Assembly: GCA_036517395.1 (NCBI GenBank)
Contig: DATDWN010000001.1
Location: 1 to 59,163, forward strand
From: Minisyncoccota bacterium
Lineage (GTDB): Bacteria > Patescibacteriota > Minisyncoccia > Phycocordibacterales > DATDWN01
Direction of reading: 5' to 3'
DNA: 59,163 nt
Under the pieces are notes generated by a model, which was not told where the DNA came from, ran no database searches, and worked only from the letters and a program-made list of their open reading frames with translations. The position numbers and the translations under genes are program-made. This document shows positions 1-7,173 of the stretch, one piece after another. Position 1 is the stretch's first letter; the number at the start of each line of letters is the position of its first letter.

Positions 1-135
1 ATGGTTCGAGCCGATGTTTTTAACGGGTTCTTTTGCGGTTTTGATTCGTGCGGCTCCGCCGCCTTTCCGGATTTTCGCGGGGGGACTTCCTCGCCGCCGC
101 AGGCGGCGAAAGCGGTTCGGACTAATTCAAGTATT
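1..135 (-). ncRNA. GC-rich structured RNA fragment cut by the window edge; possibly the 5' part of RNase P RNA
   Basis: Minus strand reads hairpin CGCCGCC-TGC-GGCGGCG (108..92) directly followed by GAGGAAGTCC (92..83). This is one A short of the universal RNase P CR-I motif GAGGAAAGUCC that follows P3. No credible ORF. The rest of the molecule would lie outside the window. Confidence 0.3.
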
Positions 136-158
136 CTGCACTAGTGATCATAGGACAG

Positions 159-186
159 AAAAAAGACCTAATATTAGGTCTTTTTT
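159..186. terminator. Bidirectional intrinsic terminator hairpin
   Basis: AAAAAA-GACCTA-ATAT-TAGGTC-TTTTTT: a perfect short stem flanked by an A-run and a T-run, just downstream of the minus-strand tRNA. Confidence 0.6.
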
Positions 187-192
187 CTATTG

Positions 193-267
193 TGGTGCGC
201 CCGGCAGGAATCGAACCCACATCCACGATTCCGAAGATCGGTACTCTATCCATTGAGCTACGGGCGC
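193..267 (-). tRNA. tRNA-Arg (anticodon UCG)
   Basis: Reverse complement folds as a cloverleaf. Acceptor GCGCCCG/CGGGCGC, D arm GCTC-AATGGATA-GAGT, anticodon loop CT-TCG-GA, T arm GTGGG-TTCGATT-CCTGC, discriminator A, encoded CCA. One C-U mismatch at the top of the anticodon stem. Confidence 0.85.
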
Positions 268-276
268 CACTTAATC

Positions 277-963
277 CTATAATACATTATTTTTTCTAAA
301 TTCTCCAACTAAAAGCTGTTGCCAAAATTGCATTTTTCTAAGTAAATGCATGCCTTTTGAAATTTCAATTCTCATACATCCCTTGTACATTGGTCGCTTT
401 TTATATCCCAAACCACTTGGTTTATAGACGGTTTTTTTAAATTTAGACAATGAAATACCAGTTGTTTTTGACCAATATTCCTCAAGATTCTCACTCTCAA
501 ACAACCTATGGGTATACAATCTCAAACTTATATTATTAACTTCTTTCAACAAAAACTTCCTGCACCACGATATCATAAATACTACCATTTCAGGATCCGA
601 ATTCATAAAATGGAAGGTTGAACTTCGTTTGGACCCTTCTGCCCAGTAAAGCCCAACGCCGACAAAAAACATTGGGTCATTCTTAAATACTTCAAATTCT
701 GATTTTGCTTGTATAAAGAGCTTTTTTTCTCTATCTAGCCTATTCCTTCTTATGGCAGTAGCTGATTTTATTCGTCCTCTTGATATATTTGTATCTATCC
801 TTTCTTTTAGGAGTTTTTTCTCTTCTGAAGTAATTGATAAGTCCTTTAACCAACTTGAAATAGTGCTTTTAGATACAAAAACTTGTGATAGAATATCTTT
901 GTAACTATTGCCCATTTTTCGCAACTCAATAGCCTTTTCTTTTTCCAGAACCTTCGTTTTCAT
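277..963 (-). CDS. HTH-domain protein of unknown function (CPR-typical)
   Basis: 228-aa ORF. N-terminal HTH-like segment (SYKDILSQVFVSKSTISSWL). Motif FFVGVGLYWAEGSK is reminiscent of LAGLIDADG-type folds. Function not established. Confidence 0.6.
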   Translation of the reverse strand: MKTKVLEKEKAIELRKMGNSYKDILSQVFVSKSTISSWLKDLSITSEEKKLLKERIDTNISRGRIKSATAIRRNRLDREKKLFIQAKSEFEVFKNDPMFFVGVGLYWAEGSKRSSTFHFMNSDPEMVVFMISWCRKFLLKEVNNISLRLYTHRLFESENLEEYWSKTTGISLSKFKKTVYKPSGLGYKKRPMYKGCMRIEISKGMHLLRKMQFWQQLLVGEFRKNNVL

Positions 964-1028
964 AGTATATAACTTGATTAGTATAGTTCATATGATAACA
1001 TTATTATAATTACAAGCAAAATAATCAA

Positions 1029-2552
1029 ATGAAATATTTCCCCATCCCAAAAGAAGTTTCACGAGTAACAGAAAAGCTAGAAGAAGCTGGTTTTGAGGTT
1101 TTTCTCGTGGGTGGGTGTGTTAGAGATTTGATTTTGGGCAGGGAACCCAAAGATTGGGATGTCACAACCAATGCCAAGCCCGAGGAGATAATAGCACTAT
1201 TTGACAAGACATTTTATGAAAACGACTATGGAACGGTGGGTGTAGTCATAGCCCGCGAAGGCGAAGATGCTGAGTCAGCAGGCGAGGCATTGATTGTTGA
1301 GGTCACTCCCTACAGAATCGAATCGAAATATTCCAACAATAGACATCCGGATAGCGTCGTTTTCAGCCAGAAACTGGAAGATGATTTGAAAAGAAGGGAT
1401 TTTACAATAAACGCTTTGGCCTATTCTGTTCCTGCCTCGCCGGTAGGCAGGTCACATGGCCTGTCTGCGCAGGCAGGAACAATCACCGACCTATATAGAG
1501 GAGAGAAGGATATGAAAGACAAAATAATTCGCACGGTGGGGGATCCGGTAGATCGTTTTACAGAAGATGGCCTACGTATACTCCGAGCGGTCAGGCTTTC
1601 GTGTGAGTTGGAGTTTGAAATAAGTCCTGAAACGGAGAAAGCAATATTTGAAAATGCTCATCTTCTGAAAAACATATCAATGGAGCGTATTCGAGATGAA
1701 TTTACAAAGATAATTATGTCGAATAGGCCCATCGACGGCCTGTTGACCATGAAAAAACTTGGTATTTTGAAATATGTTGTGCCAGAACTAGAAAAAACTG
1801 TCGGGGTTGAGCAGAATCAAGCCCACGCCTATGATGTGTGGGAGCACTTGATACGTTCGGTGCAGTGTGCCGCTGATAAAAATTACCCCTTAGAAATCCG
1901 TTTGGCGGCTCTATTTCACGATATTTCCAAGCCAGAGTCGCGAAGACGAAACAATGAACAGAACACTTGGACTTTTTATGGGCATGAGGTCCTTGGCGCA
2001 CGTGTGACAAGAAAAATCCTAGAAAATTTGCGTTATCCTAGCAAAATAATTGAAAAAGTGGTCACACTGGCTCGTTGGCATATGTTTTTTTCTGACACTG
2101 AGCAAATAACGCTCTCAGCGGTCCGTAGAATGATTGTAAATGTTGGACGGGATAATATTTGGGATTTGATGAATGTACGCATATGCGACCGTATAGGCAC
2201 TGGCAGGCCTAAGGAAGACCCGTATAGGCTTCGTAAATACCACGCCATGATAGAGGAAGCGCTCCGCGACCCAGTTTCTGTCGGAATGTTGAAAATTAAT
2301 GGCAAGAGATTGATGGATGTTACTCATGAAACAGCTGGACCAAAGATTGGATATGTTTTGCACGCTTTGCTCGAGGAGGTTTTGGAGGAGCCAAAGAAAA
2401 ATACTGAGGAATACCTAGAAAATCGGGCCAAAGAGCTTGTTTTGCTTCCTGAAAATGAACTGAAAGCCCTAGGTGAGCAGGGGAAGTTGAGTAAAGAAGA
2501 GGCAGACGAGGAGGAAATCAAAAAAATACGTGGAAGGCATTATGTAAAATAA
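1029..2552 (+). CDS. cca: CCA-adding enzyme / poly(A) polymerase family tRNA nucleotidyltransferase with HD domain
   Basis: 507-aa ORF. Nucleotidyltransferase head LVGGCVRDLILGREPKDWDVTT and RRDFTINALAY. HD region LFHDISKP. Confidence 0.85.
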   Translation: MKYFPIPKEVSRVTEKLEEAGFEVFLVGGCVRDLILGREPKDWDVTTNAKPEEIIALFDKTFYENDYGTVGVVIAREGEDAESAGEALIVEVTPYRIESKYSNNRHPDSVVFSQKLEDDLKRRDFTINALAYSVPASPVGRSHGLSAQAGTITDLYRGEKDMKDKIIRTVGDPVDRFTEDGLRILRAVRLSCELEFEISPETEKAIFENAHLLKNISMERIRDEFTKIIMSNRPIDGLLTMKKLGILKYVVPELEKTVGVEQNQAHAYDVWEHLIRSVQCAADKNYPLEIRLAALFHDISKPESRRRNNEQNTWTFYGHEVLGARVTRKILENLRYPSKIIEKVVTLARWHMFFSDTEQITLSAVRRMIVNVGRDNIWDLMNVRICDRIGTGRPKEDPYRLRKYHAMIEEALRDPVSVGMLKINGKRLMDVTHETAGPKIGYVLHALLEEVLEEPKKNTEEYLENRAKELVLLPENELKALGEQGKLSKEEADEEEIKKIRGRHYVK

Positions 2553-2800
2553 GGAGCGTAGCGACTATATTTTACATAACCCCGTCTAAATTTTGCCTTA
2601 TTTTAAGCCACAAAATATTCAAACAACACCAGATTTATTCTTGAAAATAAAATCTGCGTGACCGAATAGGTCATCCCTTTTGTCCAAGCAGATTTTTTCT
2701 AAATTATCTCGCAAAATTTGGAGCGGGGCTGGGTAAAATAAGTTTCCCTCGAAAAATTTTGCCGATGGCAAGATTTTGTCTCAGGATGATTTTTGTGTGC

Positions 2801-3216
2801 AAAAATCAAAAAACCGCCCAATGAGCGAGAATCGTTACATGTGTAACAACTACCATTCATTGGGCGGTTGGGCTAAAACCGCAAATCGGTTCGCCCGATC
2901 CTAGAACTGACAAAGTCAGTTCGGATTTAGGGGAGAAGAGTCATCCAGAGTTCCTTTGTGAGGACTAGATGTTGTAACTTAATCCAAAATAAATAAGTAG
3001 ATAGTGAGAATTAGTTTGTACACCTACTTCCTGAGGATTACCAGATGGTCTTCGAGGAGGCCTGCCAGAGGCAGGCGGGGGAGTCGTACGGCTCCCTACC
3101 CAAATGCTACGCACGGCGTGGCAATGGGTTAAAAAAGAGTACTCTGACAAAGAACCAATTCCAGAATTTCCGTCCTTTTTGTTGAAAACTTTTCAAGGAC
3201 ATTCAATCTAGGTTCT
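2801..3216 (-). ncRNA. Unclassified ~400-nt structured RNA with its own promoter and terminator
   Basis: Preceded by a consensus-like promoter (see 3223..3251). GC-rich body with several local hairpins (GGGAG-CCGTACGA-CTCCC, GCCTGCC-TCT-GGCAGGC, GAACTGAC-TTT-GTCAGTTC). Ends in a 13-bp stem (AACCGCCCAATGA...TCATTGGGCGGTT) followed by a T-run. Only a TTG-start ORF without SD overlaps. No tmRNA, SRP or RNase P signature recognised. Confidence 0.5.
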
Positions 3217-3222
3217 GATGTA

Positions 3223-3251
3223 ATTGTATTTTTTCTTAAAAGACATGTCAA
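3223..3251 (-). promoter_or_regulatory. Sigma70-like promoter for the 2801..3216 RNA
   Basis: Minus strand TTGACA (3251..3246), 17-nt spacer, TACAAT (3228..3223). Confidence 0.6.
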
Positions 3252-3390
3252 GGACACATGGGGATAACTCTTTAATTTTAGAAAAATTAAAGATCCTGAG
3301 AGTATTATCGAAGGATAGGATTGAAAATAAATTTTGTTTTTAGATAAAAGTATAGTGGATTTAGAAGTTTTTTCATAGTAAAGTTTAACA

Positions 3391-3925
3391 ATGCTTACAG
3401 AAGGTCAGTCTAAATATATTGCGACTCTATCAGATGATCAAAAAATGATTGTTAAACCTTTTAATCCGAAGGGTCTAGAAGTTGCTGACCAGATAATAGC
3501 GGAGATTCATGGAGTGGAACCTGATTTGGAAATTATGCTTTTGGGTTCATTGCCTTTACGTATTTCTGGTCAAGAGGATATAGATCTGAGTGTCTGGTGT
3601 ATAAAATCGGAACAACCAAAGTATCTTGGAAGTTTTGTAAAGCTATTTGGGGAACTCACCAAAAAGGGTGAAAATACGATTCGTTGGGACTTTCATAGAG
3701 ATGGTTTTAGTGTTGGTCTGTGGCTTACTGATCCAACCATCCTAACTTCACAAACACCAAGTTAAAACTTTTAATCTATTGAAAAATAATCCTGATTTAT
3801 TGAAAGAATACGAAACAATCAAAGAAAAGGCCAAAGATTTAAATTATAAAGAATACCAAAGAGCAAAATATGAGTTTTATAATAGGATTTTAGGGATTGA
3901 GGCCGAGAAGGAGAGCGTAAAATAA
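3391..3925 (+). pseudogene. GrpB-like protein gene interrupted by a +1 frame change
   Basis: Frame 1 ORF (3391..3765) stops at TAA 3763. Frame 2 is open 3746..3925 and encodes HKHQVKTFNLLKNNPDLLKEYETIKEKAKDL...YEFYNRIL, which resembles the usual C-terminal part of GrpB/UPF0157 proteins. Confidence 0.45.
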
Positions 3926-3935
3926 AATTTATCTC

Positions 3936-3987
3936 TTGACCTTATCGTATCATTTTGATACGATAAGGCACATCAAATGATACGATA
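3936..3987 (+). promoter_or_regulatory. Promoter overlapped by a palindromic operator upstream of the Fic gene
   Basis: TTGACC (3936..3941), 17 nt, TACGAT. Perfect inverted repeat CCTTATCGTATCA-TTT-TGATACGATAAGG (3940..3968) plus a third half-site TGATACGATAA (3977..3987), ending 4 nt before the ATG. Confidence 0.55.
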
Positions 3988-3991
3988 AACT

Positions 3992-5050
3992 ATGGAGAAT
4001 TTAAGCCCCAGAGAACAGAAAATACTGGATATCTTGTCAAAGCAGGATAAAGCTCAGTCTTCAGATATTCATGCATTATTAAAACTTTTGGATGAAGATT
4101 TGTCTCTTGTGACCGTCAAAAGAGTCTTATCACGACTTCAATCATTGGGGGTTATTATTGTAAACGGTTCTGGCCGATCAACCTCATATACCATAACCAC
4201 ATACGGCAGACTAGTTTCAAATATTGATGCTCACTTATACTGTCTCAACGAGCCAGACAGGCGTCACGGTAGAAGTGGATATAATTTTTCACTTTTTGAA
4301 ACACTAAGTTTTAATCCACTTACAATAGACGAAGAAAAGGTCTTGGATATGGCCACAAAAAAATATCATGTCCGCACAAAAGATCTCTCGACTACAATAC
4401 AAGAAAAAGAGTTGGAGCGTTTTATCATTGAACTTTCGTGGAAGTCTTCAAAAATCGAAGGTAATACATATACATTACTCGACACTGAAAAACTAATTCG
4501 AGAGGGGATTGAGGCCATGGGACACAGTAAAGATGAAGCTAAAATGATTCTAAACCATAAAGAAGCTTTCAAATTTATAAGAGAAAATTCATCTGAATTC
4601 AAAACATTAACCAAGAAAAACATAGAAGAAGTCCATAAAATTCTGGTCAAAGACCTAAATGTAGACTTTGGTTTGCGTAAAAAACCTGTCGGGGTAACAG
4701 GTTCGCTATACCGTCCACTTGATAACATTTACCAGATTTCCGAAGCAATGGAACAACTATCCAAAAGTATTTCTCGTATAAAAAATCCGTACACCCAAGC
4801 GCTTGTGGCACTCGTCGGTATTAGTTACATCCAACCATTTGAAGATGGGAACAAAAGAACAGCGCGACTTATGGCAAACGCTCTACTTTTAGCTCATAAA
4901 TGCGCCCCTCTTTCTTATAGGAGTGTAGACGAAAATGCCTATCGTGAATCAATGCTCGTGTTTTATGAATTAAACTCTCTTGTGCCATTTAAAAAAATAT
5001 TTATTGAACAATATGTTTTTTCTGCTGAAAATTACTTGGTAAAATCATAA
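3992..5050 (+). CDS. Fic/DOC family protein with N-terminal winged-HTH and degenerate Fic motif
   Basis: 352-aa ORF. Core reads QPFEDGNKRTAR where the canonical motif is HxFx(D/E)GNGRxxR. N-terminal HTH-like region (LSLVTVKRVLSRLQSLGVI). Confidence 0.8.
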   Translation: MENLSPREQKILDILSKQDKAQSSDIHALLKLLDEDLSLVTVKRVLSRLQSLGVIIVNGSGRSTSYTITTYGRLVSNIDAHLYCLNEPDRRHGRSGYNFSLFETLSFNPLTIDEEKVLDMATKKYHVRTKDLSTTIQEKELERFIIELSWKSSKIEGNTYTLLDTEKLIREGIEAMGHSKDEAKMILNHKEAFKFIRENSSEFKTLTKKNIEEVHKILVKDLNVDFGLRKKPVGVTGSLYRPLDNIYQISEAMEQLSKSISRIKNPYTQALVALVGISYIQPFEDGNKRTARLMANALLLAHKCAPLSYRSVDENAYRESMLVFYELNSLVPFKKIFIEQYVFSAENYLVKS

Positions 5051-5126
5051 TCAATAATTCTGTCATTGATAATTGTGAGCCATTGAGCTATGCAGTTGCA
5101 TTTAAAAAATACAGTATAATTTATTT

Positions 5127-5585
5127 ATGATTAAGAAAATTGTTTTGAAGTTAAAGAGTATAAGTTATTCTGGAAATTCAATAGGTGATGATATTAGGCT
5201 GGAAATTAATATTTTAGGAAAACCTTTTAGTCTGAAGAAAAAAATAAAAGTAGGTACAAAACAAGAGTTCGATAAAATAATTGGTGAATTTGATACTGAT
5301 AGAAAAACATTTTTTGAGGCAGAAAAATGGAAAGTGGGTATTTACGATATTGAAATTCCTGATGCGCCACATGAGGGCGGTATAAACTATACAAAAATAG
5401 CTAAGTTTGCCAAAGTTTGGTTTAGGGTGGGCCACAAAGACGCAAAATATCTCCACACAGGTATGCATTCGCTAGGTTGTATCACAGTTTTAGAACAAGA
5501 TAAATGGGACGAAATCTTTCATCAACTTATTAAGGCTCGCAAGGGTGATGGTTTAAGTGTGGGTGTCCTAGAAGTAGTTGATTAA
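5127..5585 (+). CDS. L,D-transpeptidase-fold protein (YkuD / Tlde1-DUF2778-like)
   Basis: 152-aa ORF. C-terminal LHTGMHSLGCITV matches the His...Ser-x-Gly-Cys catalytic signature of L,D-transpeptidase-like domains. No signal peptide. Confidence 0.6.
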   Translation: MIKKIVLKLKSISYSGNSIGDDIRLEINILGKPFSLKKKIKVGTKQEFDKIIGEFDTDRKTFFEAEKWKVGIYDIEIPDAPHEGGINYTKIAKFAKVWFRVGHKDAKYLHTGMHSLGCITVLEQDKWDEIFHQLIKARKGDGLSVGVLEVVD

Positions 5586-5587
5586 AT

Positions 5588-6106
5588 ATGACCAAAAAAC
5601 AAGCCGTAAAAATAATAATTATTCTTTGTTGCATAGTTTTTTTGCTTTTGGTGTGTTTTTATTTTTTTTCTAATCCGCGTTCTGTTAAATCATTTGGCCC
5701 ATTCAAGTTGGGCGATCAAGCGCCCATTGTATCGGAGAATGTACCAGAATATGAATTTATTTATAGTTTGAAATATAAATTTTATATATATGCCATGGAA
5801 AAGAATATGAGTTATTGTGCGTTAGAAGATTGTGGGATGAGCGGAACTTTCGTTAGTTGTATGGGGGGATGGCTTTCCGCCGATGGCTTAAGTGGTGACG
5901 GTGGTGCAAACGACTATGGTTTAGTGGAAGAAGAGGTCGTGGAAGGAAAATCATCCATTATTTTAGTCGCAGATAAAGACAAGAAGATTATAGGTATATA
6001 TCCAAATTATAGAGTGCAAAATATTCCTTATATTTTAAAGAACTATCGCGATGTATTTGAAAGATTTGATTCGTGTTATGAAATGGAAATGCCAACTAAG
6101 TGGTAA
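5588..6106 (+). CDS. Membrane-anchored protein of unknown function (possible partner of 5127..5585)
   Basis: 172-aa ORF starting 3 nt after the previous stop. N-terminal TM helix IIIILCCIVFLLLVCFYFF. Confidence 0.65.
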   Translation: MTKKQAVKIIIILCCIVFLLLVCFYFFSNPRSVKSFGPFKLGDQAPIVSENVPEYEFIYSLKYKFYIYAMEKNMSYCALEDCGMSGTFVSCMGGWLSADGLSGDGGANDYGLVEEEVVEGKSSIILVADKDKKIIGIYPNYRVQNIPYILKNYRDVFERFDSCYEMEMPTKW

Positions 6107-6284
6107 GTACCAAGTTTATTAAACTGTCATTTTTTAAACAAAAGAAAACCCCTAGCGAACTTGTCGCTGGGGGTTTTGGCGCGTGGGAAACGAAGGGGAG
6201 GACAAAAGTGGCGACCGTGACAGCTCCGACGAAGCAACCGAACGCAAACGACACCATCGCCACGATGATGAACCATGGAAACAT
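6096..6284 (-). CDS. Small hydrophobic peptide downstream of the hammerhead (tentative)
   Basis: SD AAAGGAG 7 nt upstream of ATG 6284. N-terminus MFPWFIIVAMVSFAFGCFVGAVTVATFVL is a TM helix. The reading frame runs through the terminator hairpin, so the true C-terminus is uncertain. Confidence 0.35.
   Translation of the reverse strand: MFPWFIIVAMVSFAFGCFVGAVTVATFVLPFVSHAPKPPATSSLGVFFCLKNDSLINLVLTT
6141..6177. terminator. Bidirectional intrinsic terminator
   Basis: 10-bp stem CCCCTAGCGA-ACTTG-TCGCTGGGGG (6149..6173) flanked by an A-rich run (6141..6148) and TTTT (6174..6177). Confidence 0.65.
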
Positions 6285-6344
6285 TTGACACTCCTTTGTT
6301 TAGGAACTTTATCCCGTAGTGAACTTCGCTCTACTACTGGGAAT

Positions 6345-6393
6345 CTGTTTCGTTCTTTCGAACTCATCAGGCAAAGTACACACTTTGCTACAG
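6345..6393 (-). ncRNA. Hammerhead ribozyme motif, type III topology
   Basis: Minus strand: CTGT-A | GCAAAGT-GTGT-ACTTTGC | CTGATGA | GTTC-GAAA-GAAC | GAAA-CAG. Complete catalytic core, GUA cleavage triplet (bond between 6389 and 6388). Stem III is only 4 bp. Confidence 0.7.
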
Positions 6394-6629
6394 TAAGAGT
6401 TTTTGTACGGACTCTTAAACCGTAGATACATAATTCCCAGTGTTGCATCATTTCTGGGTAGGAAATGCAAAAATTTTATCTTGCATATTCCTTCAGTTTT
6501 TGCGGTCTCGCCCTGCCTTATTGTTGAACTGGTGGCTAGCCAATTCTGATTTCGTGCAGGATCCCCGCTCACACTTTGTTTAGTGGGTTTTATTGTCTAG
6601 GAGTTGTCCTTCTCCACCAAGAGTCAAGC

Positions 6630-6944
6630 TTAGTCTCGTCCGGTTGTTATCGGGCCCGAAGGTCCCCTACTTACTGCCTGTGGAAGTTTGCAAACTACTC
6701 GGCCATTATCAACCACCTTACCAATAAGACTTCGGAGATTTTCAACCGCATCTTGTGGCAGTTCACGTTCTGCGATAATCTCTGCATCTCTACAGCTACC
6801 GTCACATGTTGTGATTACGCGACGGTCTACTATTGGTGGTGCATAGATCATGTTGACATGTATTCCATCAACACAGTAGTCCATTATTGCTCCTGATGGG
6901 ACAGGAACGTCTCTCGCTACCCTGAAGAGTCTCATTGTAGGCAT
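6630..6944 (-). CDS. Small Cys-containing protein of unknown function, first gene of the hammerhead transcription unit
   Basis: Strong SD AAGGAGG 7 nt upstream of ATG 6944 (the track's GTG at 6953 lies inside the SD region). 104 aa, MPTMRLFRVARDV... No family recognised. Confidence 0.6.
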   Translation of the reverse strand: MPTMRLFRVARDVPVPSGAIMDYCVDGIHVNMIYAPPIVDRRVITTCDGSCRDAEIIAERELPQDAVENLRSLIGKVVDNGRVVCKLPQAVSRGPSGPITTGRD

Positions 6945-7023
6945 CCTTTTCACCTCCTTTTTACCCTAAGAGCCATCAAAGGGCTTTGTGTACATGTGAG
7001 AGATTATCCCTCTTTCTGACATA

Positions 7024-7052
7024 AGATTAGCATGAATTATGACTAGTGTCAA
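7024..7052 (-). promoter_or_regulatory. Sigma70-like promoter of the 6.1-7.0 kb minus-strand unit
   Basis: Minus strand TTGACA (7052..7047), 17-nt spacer, TAATCT (7029..7024). Divergent from the TrmB-like gene. Confidence 0.5.
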
Positions 7053-7173
7053 AATAAATGACATAAAATTATTAACAATATCAAAAGACTATCATACTAT
7101 ATATGGCTAGTAACAAGGATAAAACAGACTACTTGCATAGTTTTTACTATTTGCTATAATACTGTCATCTAAA

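Noticed and set aside
14-256. 80-aa ORF at the left edge
   Set aside because: It overlaps the tRNA-Arg gene, a terminator hairpin and a GC-rich structured segment. The Arg/Pro-rich translation has no SD.
2884-2900. Shared CGGT(T)CGCCCGATCC string between the 2.9 kb RNA and the rsmA insertion (25014..25030)
   Set aside because: It is only about 14 nt with an indel. This is too short to distinguish from chance without genome-wide statistics.
2801-3216. tmRNA, SRP RNA or RNase P assignment for the 400-nt RNA (and likewise for 13537..13751, 18345..18626 and the 800-nt cassette)
   Set aside because: - I found no GGGG...CCACCA acceptor/T-arm.
- I found no GGAA-capped helix 8 with AGCA/GGCA loops.
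- I found no CR-I plus CR-IV pair.
- Partial resemblances (GGAAAGTCAG at 19657, AGGGTGAA at 19845) are isolated and not in the required order.
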